Part shown: positions 12,036-24,732 of the stretch, in pieces
Position numbering within the stretch: position 1 is the stretch's first letter
How the letters are laid out: each line of letters begins with the position of its first letter
Assembly (NCBI GenBank): GCA_030141605.1
Contig: JAQGDQ010001364.1
Span: 1 to 44,252, forward strand
Length of the DNA stretch: 44,252 nt
Direction: 5' to 3'
Source of the DNA: Tubiluchus corallicola
Lineage: Eukaryota; Animalia; Priapulida
Made by a program: the position numbers and the translations under genes
The notes under the pieces: model-generated
The model's database searches: none
What the model was told of the DNA's origin: nothing
The model's input: the letters and a program-made list of their open reading frames with translations, nothing else

Positions 12036-12979
12036 TATATGTCTGTCTAAAAACAAAAACAAATACGTCTGTGTTACAGTCATAATCTAAAAATCTACTA
12101 CATTAAGTTTTTCTGCTACACGTTTCGAATTCTCGAGAAATCTCGTGGTAAAAACTAAAAACAAACAACGTACAAGTAGCAAGTAATAAAAAGAATTTAT
12201 TACACTATAGAAAAAAAACCGTTACACTTTTAACTATCCAAATCGTAGGTAGTTCGACCAGCAAACGCACCTTATTCTGACGCCATTGTACAATGAGTTT
12301 ACAAAATAAACAGCATTAATTGTGAAACCACACAATGTTAAAAATAATACAAACATTTTTTGATAACATAATAGTGTTCCATAGTTAGCAACATTATGAT
12401 TAATCGTTGTGTTCCTTTTTATAAATTCGGCCGAAAATGAAGAGGCAAAGTACGAAGCGCGCATGAATACATAATCACTGTACCGCACTACTTGCACTTA
12501 CAATAGCAATTAAAATTAATACGCCTACTCAAAAAGTTCATAATGAAATTAACATTAATAACCACTTGAAGAGCATGGGCACACGAAATAACGTCTATGG
12601 TTTCAGCATGTACGCCATAGATTTTACTTTCCTAAAGTCATACCAAAAGTTTTGTCTTTTGTCTTTTAAAAACAAAGTAGTACTAAGCTCTTACGTGAAC
12701 ATCTTAATCTAAATCGAACATCCAATTTTAAATTTCACTGCCCGCGAAAAAGATTCATTTAGTTGACAAGGTTTAACAAGTGGAAAAATTAAACACAAGT
12801 GACAGTAACACGCCTTATTTCCATTCTATATCAACTCTACATAACGGTGAATATTTTTATAATTTTCTTAAAAGTCTTAATCGACAAAAATTCAACACAC
12901 AGAATCAATAGAACGATATTCTCATGCAGCCTTTCTATAAAAAATTTTACTTTTTTGTTTGTCAGACAAAATCCTTTCT

Positions 12980-13478
12980 CGGTAATTCGAATAACTCGAA
13001 TTCGAATTTTTGTGGTGTTTTTCGACTAAATCGCGTATTTCAGATAATTCGAATAATTCGAATGCGAATGTTTTTGGTAAATTACGACTAAATCGCTCAT
13101 TTCAGATAAATCGAATAATTCGAATTCGAATTTTTGTCGTGTTTTCCGACTAAATCGCTCATTTCAGATAATTCGAATAACTCGAATTCGAATTTTTGTG
13201 GTGTTTTTCGACTAAATCGCTTATTTCAGATAAATCGAATAATTCGAATTCGAATTTTTGTCGTGTTTTCCGACTAAATCGCTCATTTCAGATAATTCGA
13301 ATAACTCGAATTCGAATGTTTTTGGTGAATTCCGACTAAATCGCTTATTTCAGATAAATCGAATAACTCGAATTCGAATTTTTTGGTGTTTTCCGACTAA
13401 ATCGCTTATTTCAGATAATTCGAATGACTCGAATTCGAACGTTTTTGGTGAATTCCGACTAAATCGCTTATTTCAGAT
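12980..13478. repeat. 62-bp minisatellite rich in TTCGAA palindromes, ~8 copies
   Basis: cgactaaatcgc at 13023, 13085, 13147, 13209 and onward. Confidence 0.9.
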
Positions 13479-15264
13479 GACTGAATCATTTGGTTGCTAC
13501 AACACCACGTGCAGCCATTAACGCTTACAGCAAAATTTCATAAACTGATACGAGTTTAAGTCACATAACATGCCTACTATATAAGCTACAGTCACTCATT
13601 CACGCGTTCAATCATTCGAATAATACATTCACTCAAAACCAATACATTAATAAGGTGCTTTATAATCTCGGTTAAGCGTTAGTTGATTTAAAATAATGAT
13701 AGTATGTATACCACAACATTAAAACAAATAACATGTTAGTTCCTTACACACAACCATTTTTCAATAAGCACGACAAAATATATTTTTAATGACGCAATTT
13801 TGCGCTTTTGTCGAACTGTGCTTTAATACACAAACACAGCAGTTCTGAACATTAGCGAGGGGAAAGGCCGACTCACTCCTTGTAGTAATCCTCCGTCGAA
13901 AATAACGCCAGTGAAGTTCAACATTTATAGCATTTTAAAAACAACTTCACAAAGTTTAATAGAAAAAAATCTGCTCGTCCTTTTCCAAAAATGCATAATT
14001 ATAATGTAGGTAGCGTATTAAAAAACATACGTAGCATAAGTTTCTAATGAAATACAGCACACTCCATATACATGCTACATGTTTTTAATAAGTTTTTTCG
14101 TTTTTAATGTTTTTTTTCAAATTTTTATGCAAATAGATTCAACGATTTTGATTGGACAATTGAAAAAATGGGTTCCATTAAAACCAAACGATTTCGTCTA
14201 CATCACCATTTAAATTCCACACAAAATATTGTCCTACTTATAAACTATTACTTATAAACAATTAACATAATCGCTCTTGCTCATTCTGAAGTTATGTGTT
14301 TACAGAAAAAAATCACCATCCTTCTCTCATTCACACGTTCACAACAGCACTATAGTAAGCAAACCAACCTTACACAACATTATCAACAGTTTAACTGCAA
14401 AGACAAAATATAATAATTATTTAACTTATTATGATAACAGAATAATTATAACAAATTGCGTAATAAAATATTTTTCTTTTTTCTCGTTTTACAAAAATTA
14501 GTTTGCGATATATGAAGCTCAGCTCACGGGGTTTATACATTATTTAGAATAAAATATAATATAGGTCAATTATAGAACTACTGTATAAGTATTACCTACA
14601 AATACAATGTACAACGCTACCTGTTAGATTTTATACGTTTTAACATTTTTTTAAACATTTTAACACAGCTTTTATAATACCTTATCACTTTATGTACAAA
14701 CAATAAGTTATCAGCATGTTACGCATGTATGAACATAATAATAGTGACTAGACGTTGCTATAAGAGTAATGTAAAGACAGACTTAGGTCGACCTTGCGAC
14801 GCAACGCAACTAAAGACGTTACGCATACGTTACGTCGCCAGTTCTGAGTATATCCCAGTCTATATAAACAAGCTTACGACGCAACTAAACGCAACGCAAC
14901 GCGGCACAGTCCAGCGAGGTGCTCAGTATATCCAGTCGATATAAACAAGCTTACGACGCAACGTAACGCAACGCGACTGAAGACGCGGCACTGGTGGCAT
15001 ACATTACGTCGCCAGTTCTGAGTATATTCAGTCGATATAAACAAGCTTACGACGCAACTAAACGCAACGTAACGCGACTCAGTCCCAGCGAGGTGCTCAG
15101 TATATCCAGTCAATATAAACAAGCTCACGACGCAACTAAACGCGACGCAACGTAACGCGACTCAGCCCAGCGAGGTGCTCAGTATATCCAGTCGATATAA
15201 ACAAGCTCACGACGCAACTAAACGCGACTCAGTCCCAGCGAGGCGCTCATGTTCTACTCGCGAC

Positions 15265-15655
15265 AAGGGGTGGACATCGAACGTTTGAATTCGATTCAAA
15301 CGAGTTTTTTCAGTTCGATTTTGATTCAAACACAAAATTATAAATTCAGCTCTTCAGGCACGTACGTTCTTTATCATTAAAATGTTTGAAACATCATGCA
15401 ATTAGCACAATTTAGCTTCAGTTTCTGCGCAAAATTTTTTAACAAACTAATAGTGGTTTACCTACAGAACAAAATCAAGTAATACGCGTGATCTTTGTAA
15501 AAAACATTTTACTAGTGGTTCGAAAACTTGTTCGAAGATCTGTAGAAACTTATTCGAAGATCTTTCGAAACTCAATTCGAATTCGATTCGGATTCGAAAT
15601 ACTGAAATTCGGTTCGATTCGAATTCGCTTTCTGGATAAAGAATGCTCACCCCCA
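15265..15655 (+). mobile_element. hAT MITE (TTCGAA-rich family)
   Basis: TIR aaggggtggacat / atgctcaccccca; 8-bp TSD ctcgcgac/ctcgagac; paralog 24733-25123. Confidence 0.85.
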
Positions 15656-15840
15656 CTCGAGACATACGATATCCACCCACTTTCAACTGAACATTGTTCG
15701 ACGACGATTTTGATTCGATCACTTGGTCTGGCCAGAGATTTTTTTCAGTCGTCGTCGACCTGAGCATTCTTACAACAACCGGCAACTTTTATCTCTAGTT
15801 ACTGGAAATCAGTAGCAGTCGACCAGAACACGTGTGTCTA

Positions 15841-15924
15841 CAGGGCCTATTTCAAGGGAGGGAAGTGGGGATACTTCCCCGAGGCCTCACCCTCTAGGGG
15901 GGCCTACTGCCTCCTCTCCCCCCC

Positions 15925-15960
<36 letters not shown>

Positions 15961-16188
15961 CCGCACGCGCGCCGTTTGCCAGTATTGACAAGTATTAAGG
16001 ACTGGTCTTGAGAATAAAGCAGTTTTTCTTTCAATTGTTCTTTCCTTTAACAACTGTATAACTCTATATTTTCTCTTCGAAAATGCTTCTCCGGCGTTCT
16101 AGCAGTTCAAAAATCTTACCCCCCCCCCCCCGATGGCGCCTCACACGCCCCACTTCCCTGGGCGTCGCCTAGGCTAAAATACGCCCTG
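15841..16188. mobile_element. hAT MITE containing (CT)n and poly-C tracts
   Basis: TIR cagggcctatt / aatacgccctg; perfect 8-bp TSD tgtgtcta (15833-15840, 16189-16196). Confidence 0.85.
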
Positions 16189-18007
16189 TGTGTCTACGAC
16201 TTTCCCTTGTCAGTTGAAACGAGCTGCGTCCCGTCGCTGGTCGACCTAAGTTTAACTTAAGACGAAACACAATCTAAGTGCTTTATAACCTACTTAAAGA
16301 TTTCTAACATAATATAATCCTCACTCACGATGACAATAAGTTCCAGCCATAGTCCACTCACGTAAACAACGTTAGTAACAGTACTTTCCAACACATACTT
16401 GCATATTATAACAGCATAATATTACAACAGAAAAAACATGCACTAGAACATTCCTTTCGGTACAGTAATAGCCACAGACTGTGAGCAAATTCTCGTTTTA
16501 ATGGCAGCAGCTGTTGCCGCTTTTCTTTTAAAATTCATTGCGGAACATAAGCAAAGCAAAAAACATCGCAAATTTTTGTATGTTTATGTGGTATGTGATC
16601 TAGTGCAGACCTGAGCCGTCATGCCGGTCATAACTGTCATGGTTCAAAGCGGTTATTACAGTGGGAAAATGAACAGTGTTAATAATAAATGTCAAAGACG
16701 TTAAATTGGAAAAACTTATAGGCAAAGTACTAGCAATGGAAAGTTATCTCTATTTTGAATTTTACACAGACGAGCTTTCACAGTTATGTGCAATTTTAAG
16801 TTGTAGGCCTACTGCCCCAGTGTTTGAAATAAGTGAATAAGACTTCACAGTTCCTGCGATTGATGGTGATCGTGGAAAGGTAAAATGTTAAGTGCATTTG
16901 TGTACACTTGACAACGCCTTGCAGCCATATGCTTTTGTAAGTTTTAACAGCTAGCTAGAAGCTTACCTAGTTCATTTTTCTTGTTCCCAAGGAAGATCCT
17001 GCTAGTAAATCACTCTATGCACAAACTAATGCATAATTACGTAAAGTCTACGTAAAACAACTGAAGTTACTTGAACTGATGCGGCACACGACATTGCTTT
17101 GCCCTTATGTTACGCAACGATAGTAGTTACGACATGGTACAGTTAACCTTTGACCTATAGCAGCTGCGTATGCGCACAACGAAACTGTGAAAGCGTTTGT
17201 AAAGTGAATACATGAAACAAATTCGGGGTTTTTTTCAGTCAAAGGCGGGTTTGAAGGGCACAAAATGAGCTTAATCAGTAAAGCACAATTGCAAATATTC
17301 TAAAAAATCAATTCAAATCATACGAAACCTATACTGGCTTTTCATTGGTTGCTACTTTTTCTTGAACATTAGGATTAAACTGTGCAGAAATGCCAGAAAG
17401 GGGAGCGAGAATTCACGTAAACTGACCAACCAGAAGAACCGTGTCAAAACTCTACAATTTCAGTTGCAGCTATGACCTAGCTGGCAATGCGCTGGCTTTG
17501 GCGTGTTTGTTGTTGAAATGAAATAACTTGCCGAAGCTGCTCTCCAAAGATAACAAATCCTGTGGTCTGTTGACATTCCTTCAACTACCTATCCAGGTTT
17601 CACGGCAAATTCTTGGGGTTTTCGATCTCTGAATCAGAGGCTTACTCAGCACACAGGAAGTTACTTGCCGGAACTTGCTCTGCGATATCTGCCCCGCGAC
17701 CTAATCCACCGCCGGCTGTGTAAACAATGGACGACGAGACTGCAAGTACTAGATGCAAGGTTGAACGGACGCCATTTTGTCGTCTAACTTTCATGTATTG
17801 TCCACGACAATTGTTCTTCTTATGGTACACTTCACCAGGCCAAATAGTGGGTTTTTATCCAGTATTTTTCTTGATCGTCAGCGTAAATAAGTCCACATGT
17901 ATATATATATATTACAAAATGGTTCCTCGATAATGTTCGACAGTACTATGCCATGTATACAACATGGCCTCTAAAACACAAAACTAACAGAAAAACAGCA
18001 GCTACAG

Positions 18008-18682
18008 CTAATGCAAGGGGTTAAAGCGATTCGGATAGTAGCTGAAAGACTTTGTTGGAATGGGTCTCCACAACTGGTGGTGGTTCAACACTTGGTATTG
18101 AGTGTAAGTGATGTTTTCCCAGACTGCTGGGTAAGTCAAGTGCCTTGCATACAGCGGCAAAGCCTCCAGGGTCGCGTGTCCCGAATCCGCCCCCGGAAAA
18201 CAACAGGGATAAAACATCCGGTAAATGTTGTCTGACAACAAGCGCTTACAGGAGTCACACTGGCAGCAAGGACAAGGATCCTCTGACGTCGTATCTGGAG
18301 AGGTCTTCTTGCTGCCCGACTGTTCCTTTGACGTTGACGGTGGGGGCGACACTGATGTCCCGGGAGTCGTGCACTTTTTGTCACCAGCGTCTGACATTTT
18401 CTTCTTCAACTTCTCAGTAGCTTTTGGTTCTTGCCAGAAGGAAGCAGGAAGTTGTCGAAGTCGCAATGGGACGTATGATTTCGACGGCATCTGGTAATTC
18501 TGATCTGGTCCAATGAAAGAATCTACGCTGTAGATAACGTTACGAGTACTTAATTTACCTTTTTCACCACCACACCTGTTCTCCGTCTTGAACTCGAACC
18601 TTGACAGCAAATCTCGGTCCAAATCTGTCGACTTTTTTACGAAATCCTGGGCACCAATAACCTCACAACTTGAGCTTGCCAT
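18008..18682 (-). CDS. Intronless FAM181/PERCC1/YAP-family-like protein with TEAD-binding omega-loop motif, 224 aa
   Basis: ATG in attATGG context at 18682 (the ORF track starts at an upstream GTG); VPLRLRQLPASFWQEPK matches the FAM181/YAP omega loop (YAP PMRLRKLPDSFF); no WW domain; GC-richer unique sequence. Confidence 0.85.
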   Translation of the reverse strand: MASSSCEVIGAQDFVKKSTDLDRDLLSRFEFKTENRCGGEKGKLSTRNVIYSVDSFIGPDQNYQMPSKSYVPLRLRQLPASFWQEPKATEKLKKKMSDAGDKKCTTPGTSVSPPPSTSKEQSGSKKTSPDTTSEDPCPCCQCDSCKRLLSDNIYRMFYPCCFPGADSGHATLEALPLYARHLTYPAVWENITYTQYQVLNHHQLWRPIPTKSFSYYPNRFNPLH

Positions 18683-19260
18683 AATCACTGGCTTCCTAAC
18701 GGCGACAGTGGTGGCTCAGTGTTTTCTCATGTGGCTTCGCGAACACTCACTACTTCGACTGCTGTAAAATAGCTGTGGCCCGTAATTGCAAGGCAGAACC
18801 AGTGCGCTCGAGTCTGGTTTGTTTATTGGGAAGACGACTTGCGTCACACTCACATAAACACAGATCAGCGAGCGGAGAAGGGATAAAGTTACATGCACAC
18901 GGGAGGCAAACATTAACAGCTCCGTCTGTCTGTATTTCTCGATGTCTGGGCTGCCAGCGCACGCATGTTGCACGTTTACAGAAAGCAGGCAAGGCTCGAG
19001 GTCACTTGATGTCAACTCTTGAAAAAGTTTCCGCTTCGTGAACCGGGTCATTGAATTTTATCGAGGGCAGTTAAAAATCCATTTCAACGGTTTTTAATTC
19101 AAGGCCTAAAAAGTTGCAATTAACCGAAAAAATCAAACGGGTATCAATTGAAATCATTGTATATGCTGTATCAGTGCTAAATTTATTTGTTAAAACAAAC
19201 CAAAAAATTTTACACAATTGTGCTAAAAATACTTTGTTACTGTGTGGTATAAAAACCGTA

Positions 19261-19268
19261 TGACGTCA
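19261..19268. promoter_or_regulatory. Perfect CRE palindrome TGACGTCA upstream of the FAM181-like gene
   Basis: About 580 bp upstream of the ATG; motif match only. Confidence 0.25.
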
Positions 19269-20351
19269 TCTATTAGAAAGAAGACGTGTTACAGGCATTT
19301 TTTTGCTGTGTAAAATATTTGCAGGGAGGCCTTCCAAAGTGTGTTGTCTTTAGGCCTTTCGAACGTTGGGCCTTTTACAATAAAAATTATACAGACATAG
19401 ATAATAAAAATAATAATACCTGTGCTGTAGTAATGTTATTATCTATGGTAACGACAGTTAATTCAATTAATTTAGTTTAGTTTACTGAGACCAACAGTAT
19501 AATGTACGCATGGTTTTATAGTTTCATAGTCTCTACAAACTTACATTAAGGTCTGTTTTATCTTCATTAAACTTGAACTTCTTTATCTCACAAATTGTAC
19601 GCTGACTGAGGGTGTTATCATAAAAACTTACAAAAAATCCAGCCGAGAATCACATACGTCAGTAAGTCGAAAGTACTGAATGAACTTTATTTTATACTAC
19701 ATTGTGACTTGATATGTAATTCATGTTGTATTTTATGTCAATCAATCCTTCAATTTATTTCACTCCAGCAATACATGTGCAATACATCAACATACAATAT
19801 TATTGAAACAAAAAGAAACAGTATAGGTGAAAAAAAACGTTGATGAAGTGAAAATAACCAAATAAAAGAGTTGCTGTATGACACCTTGAAAGCTTGGCTT
19901 GTTAAGGTGGCACAAATGAGTGAATGAAAGAATGAATTTGCGTGAAATCTTGTGATTAGTGATGTGAGTTAGTTAGGGATGCCTGGAAAGGAGAACACGT
20001 GTAAGCATATGGCATTTGAAAGTACATGATAATTTTCCTTGTTTAACGTATGGTTCATTACATTTGAAATAATAGATAAACTTAATAACTGGGAAATTCA
20101 AACTAGATAACCCAGTTCAATACTCGCAAAAATTAGTAAGTGTGACTTTTTTTAAACCAATTTTTAGATTCAGTACTTCTTAAATGCGAAACATAGTTGA
20201 AACAATTACGGTTGAAACTCCTAATTAAAAAACATTATCAAACAACCATTAATATGCATACTTACTACATACATTAAACAACCTGTACATACCGAGTTTG
20301 ATTTGCGCACGTTCTTTTAATTGAGTACTTTCATTGCAAAGCCTGAAATTG

Positions 20352-20488
20352 TAGTATAGTATAGTGTAGTATAGTATAGTATAGTATAGTATAGTATAGT
20401 ATAGTATAGTATAGTATAGTATAGTATAGTATAGTATAGTATAGTATAGTATAGTATAGTATAGTATAGTATAGTATTGTATTGTATT
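20352..20488. repeat. (ATAGT)n microsatellite
   Basis: ~25 near-perfect copies. Confidence 0.95.
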
Positions 20489-20589
20489 GTCCAAATAGCA
20501 ATTATCGAGTTGATGTAATATTGCCAAAAACATAAAAACTGATATAAAAACTGAAACTGTTTATACCAAACTTTTGCTGTTACGCTAAG

Positions 20590-21215
20590 CTAGAGAAGCT
20601 TAACTGTTTAATAAGTCAGAATAAAAATAGGTTTTCTTAAGATTATAATCAACTTTGGACGTTTTGCAACTGAATCACGTTTAATTGATGACATTTTAGC
20701 TCTCATAACTTTGCCTCTAACATGAAAATTTAGCAGATTGCTAAATGAACTTATCTTTAATAGAGAAGTTTAACTCTTTAATTGGTCAGAATAGCATAGC
20801 TGTTCTTAAAATTATAGTCAACTTTGGATATGGTGCAACTGGAAACGTCACAATATTGATATTTTAACTGTGCCTCTGATACGGAAATATTGTTAACTCA
20901 TTGGCAGACTTATTTTAATAGAATAACTGGTCAGAATAACACAGGTGTTCTTAAAATTATAATCAACTTTGAATATTGTGCAACTGGAAACGTGACAGTA
21001 TTGATATTTTAACTGTACATCTGATACAAAAATATTGTTAACAGATTGCTAAATAAACTTATTTTAATAGAATAGCTGGTCAGACTAACATAGGTGTTCT
21101 TAAAATTATAATCAACTTTGGATACGGTGCAATACTGGAAACATGACAGTATTGATTTTTTAACTGTGCCTCTGATACGAAAATATTGTTAACAGATTGC
21201 TAAATAAACTAATAT
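20590..21215. repeat. Degenerate ~145-170-bp tandem repeat, ~4 copies
   Basis: ttcttaaaattataatcaactttg recurs at ~20635, 20803, 20948, 21097. Confidence 0.8.
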
Positions 21216-21292
21216 TTTAACAGTAACATCTCTGTATTTTAAACAATTTAATGTACTTAATGCGTCTTGACTACAGAAATCGTTATCAACTG

Positions 21293-21455
21293 TCGTGCTG
21301 GTGTAACATGCATCGTATGTTTCTTTTTGTCATGTTTTTTTTGTAATTAGTTAGTTTGTTGGTCAGTTGGTGCTGTTGTGCTGGTGTAACATGCATCGTA
21401 TGTTTCTTTTTGTCACGTTTTTTCGTAATTAGTTAGTTTGTTGCTCAATTGGTGC
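21293..21455. repeat. 82-bp tandem duplication
   Basis: gtgctggtgtaacatgcatcgtatgtttctttttgtca at 21296 and 21378. Confidence 0.9.
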
Positions 21456-22647
21456 AATAAACTATGAAATTATCAAATATCTCAGTTCAAAAGAAAGAAC
21501 AAGTCACGCAGTAAGTTGGGTTTATTTTATTGTTATCTATTAAACGTAGAGAAATATAACTAAGGAATTTGCAAAGAATGACTTATAAAGCATAAATTTA
21601 AGACATATTACCTTTGAATAGAAATTTTCGTGACATAACTGGGAGTCACTTCATGGATTTTTGTGAGTGTGCACGCTGCTTAAACTAATTCATACGTCTG
21701 CAACTTACCTAATATTCATGCTAAAATATTAGAAAGTCAGCTGTGTAATTTGGCAGAAGACTTTTATTCTTGAAATAACAAAAAATACTGTCGTATTTAC
21801 AAAGTACTGTGAGTTTCATTTTGGCGTGTATAAAATCCTGTTGCCACCATTTACTTGACCATCACGACCTAACTGGGAGACTTCGTGACATTTCGTAACA
21901 CGAATCCGACGACTGCTTAAAAAATTGAAACATCTGCAGGTTACCTAATATTCATGCAAAAACGTTACAAAATTAACTACGATTTCTTTGTAAAAACTTA
22001 TAAGGCATTTCGTGGAAGATTGACAGTCCGTTACTTTACTTCAAGACGAATGACGTCACTGGAAGAAGAATGGCATTGAAAATGGGAGCGTCCCAAGCTT
22101 GAAGTGATCGCGACTTTAAACTGATTTTACTAGTTACAGGAAGCGATTTTTGCACTTTTATTACTGAATTCTAATATTTTTTACAAGCACTGACAAAAAA
22201 ATTTCACAAACATTTTACAAAGACTTGACTTTTCCTTTAATGGAAGATACTCTAAGAACATCTTGTTGCCCAATAATTACTAGTACAAACAGTATGTTCA
22301 TAGCACGTTTTTCTCTTGCTTCGTAGGATTTTTCTCTGGACATTTCTGAGATGCAAAACAGTTATTTGAAAAACTTTTTTCTCTTGCGCTTCTTATCCAT
22401 GGAATTCGTTACCAGAAAATTACATAACTACAACTGACAGTATGACTGTCTTGTTTATCCTAGGATTAATAGCAACGCACAATTTGTGAGTTTTTCGTAA
22501 GATGTTCGCAGTGATGTTTTGTTTTACAATCAGATAATCAAACCCTCGACAGCCTGGCTGCTAACACACCACGTTTTTGTTGGACTGGTATATTGAAGGC
22601 TGGTGAGTCAACCGCCAGCACAGATGTTGGCTTCTAGCCAAATCTGC

Positions 22648-23060
22648 AAAAACTACCCCGCTAAGAACACGGAACTAGTTGGTAGCAGACGTGACCGCGG
22701 TTCCTGGGTCTAAAAACCGAGAAGCTTCGAAGATGGTGCAAAGTAGGGCGTATCTAGGGAGAGGGGAGCAGACGTGACTGCGGTTCCTGGGTCTAAAAAC
22801 CGATAAGCCTTGAAGATGGTGCAAAGTAGGGCGTATCTAGGGAGAGGGGAACAAAACTACCCCGCTAAGAACACGGAACTAGTTGGTAGCAGACGTGACC
22901 GCGGCTCCTGGGTCTAAAAACCGAGAAACCTTGAAGATGGTGCAAAGTAGGGCGTATCTAGGGAGAGGGGAGCAGACGTGACCGCGGCTCCTGGGTCTAA
23001 AAACCGAGAAACCTTGAAGATGGTGCAAAGTAGGGCGTATCTAGGGAGAGGGGGACAAAA
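22648..23060. repeat. 82-bp repeat (4 copies) organised as a ~205-bp higher-order dimer
   Basis: gcagacgtgaccgcgg...tagggcgtatctagggagagggga x4; aaaactaccccgctaagaacacgg at ~22649 and ~22853. Confidence 0.9.
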
Positions 23061-24208
23061 CGGTGCAAACAATGAATGGAAAAGACGGGGGCGATTCTTA
23101 TTATATGAAATTAAAACATATGAACAAAGTGAAAATTAAGGTGTATTTATTTATTATTTGTTTGTTTTTTATTTCAAACTTTGAGTTCATAAGATACAAA
23201 ATAAAAGAAATACAGGTACATCGATGACAATATTATAAATATACAAATTACGAATAATTAAGAAATTAAAATAAATTTGTCTAAAATTATTACTATAAGA
23301 AAATAGAATAAAAAGTTAGGAGTACAAATTTATAATACTGTATTTACAGCGTTAGTTAAAAGCGCATTAATTAAAAAAATATATAAGACAAAAAATACGA
23401 AAAATTAGAAAGCTAAGCACTGGTTTTTGAATGAAAGCCAGATGTAACGCCATATTGGCGAATGCAACGTAGCATCGCTATTCAAACCTGTAATTATCGC
23501 AATTAGGGCAAATCGTTCACTATCAGCTACATACTGTACATACATTGTCTTAACAGAACATGATTATACATTTAATTGTTTCCCACAAATAAAACTCTTG
23601 TATTGAAATCCAATGGCAAGTTCAGATTAGGCTGTGACATGTCATATAAAATCACCAATTACCTCATGCCATGTCTGCTGTAATGAGAAAGTGGCCACCA
23701 TAAAAATAAGTGCAAAATGTTCAAAATAAACGCAATTTAACGCAAAGAGAACATTCTGAATCTTTAAAACAAGCTTTTTAACTCTACACAAGAACAATGA
23801 CTGTTGTTGCAATAATTTTACAGCAGCATCATTGTTATTGTCTTCAGTGATAATGTAACTTACATGTTTTCTTCTTAAGTGAAGATAGCAGTTTTGTTAA
23901 CAATAATTGATTGTTCGAAATGTTTAGTATAGTAATTATTCATTTAAATGAGTTTATTAGTGAAACTCTTTGGCAGTTTTATTGTTCTGGCTCCTTGAGC
24001 AAAGACCACTGTAGTGATAATAATAACGTACTGCCGGTAATTATAGAACCAGCAATTAGTACTGGGCAGTCTTATGCCTAGATCGTGAAACAGAGATTCG
24101 CGACAAAATGTTTTTGAAAACTATCCATTTTAAAGGCGACAGTAGCAGTAACAACAGAACCGAACCGTTACATACACATAGTTCCTCAAATTGATATAAG
24201 CATATTCC

Positions 24209-24284
<76 letters not shown>

Positions 24285-24288
24285 CATT
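24209..24288. repeat. (TAT)n microsatellite
   Basis: Direct inspection. Confidence 0.95.
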
Positions 24289-24381
24289 AACGCTACCAAT
24301 TTCCATTCTCACTGAGCATTCCTTCTGTTACTTATTGCACTTTTAGTTTTAACTCTTGTCACTTAGTCACTGGATATTGGA

Positions 24382-24713
24382 TATGGTGAGCATTATCTAC
24401 CAGAAAGTGAATTCGTGACTTTCGAATTCGAACCAAACTTCAGTATTTCGAAGATTTTCGAACAACTTTTTGAACCACCAGTAAAATTTAGTCTTACAAA
24501 GGTCATGTATATTACTCAATTTTGCTCTGCAGTAAAACCACTAATAATTTGTTTAAAATTTGCACAGAAATTACAGCTAAATTACATGATGTTTCAATCA
24601 TTTTAATGATAAAGAACGTATGTGATTGAATTATTTGAACTATGGTTTTTGGTTTGAGTCGAATTCGAACTAAAAAAATCGCTCGAATTCGATTCGTTCG
24701 ATGTTTACATGTA
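24382..24713 (-). mobile_element. Older inverted copy of the TTCGAA-rich hAT MITE
   Basis: Reverse complement of 24733-25123 (ggtgagcattatctaccagaaagtgaattcg ... gattcgttcgatg). Confidence 0.8.
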
Positions 24714-24732
24714 ATAGTTGATACTTAGAGAC

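Larger units (their letters stand above)
14781..16251. mobile_element. TIR element (possibly PIF/Harbinger-like) with internal tandem repeats and two nested hAT MITEs
   Basis: acttaggtcgacc.tgcgacg at 14781 is inverted at 16232-16251 (cgtcgctggtcgacctaagt); internal repeats 14795-15250. Confidence 0.65.

Noticed and set aside
11256-12050. Poly-His, poly-Ile and poly-Met ORFs of more than 200 aa
   Set aside because: They are translations of a (GAT)n microsatellite that is open in several frames; no splice or domain support.
12980-13478. Heat-shock elements or CENP-B boxes in the TTCGAA array
   Set aside because: GAA/TTC spacing is 0 or 3 rather than the canonical 2; TTCGnnnnAnnCGAA lacks the CGGG needed for a CENP-B box.
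16449-17582. TEAD sites (ACATTCC) near the FAM181-like gene as a feedback loop
   Set aside because: Isolated 7-mers at about chance frequency, with no clustering.
18011-18497. Overlapping + strand and alternate-frame ORFs (similarly 34904-36253 on -)
   Set aside because: Shadows of the real coding sequences.
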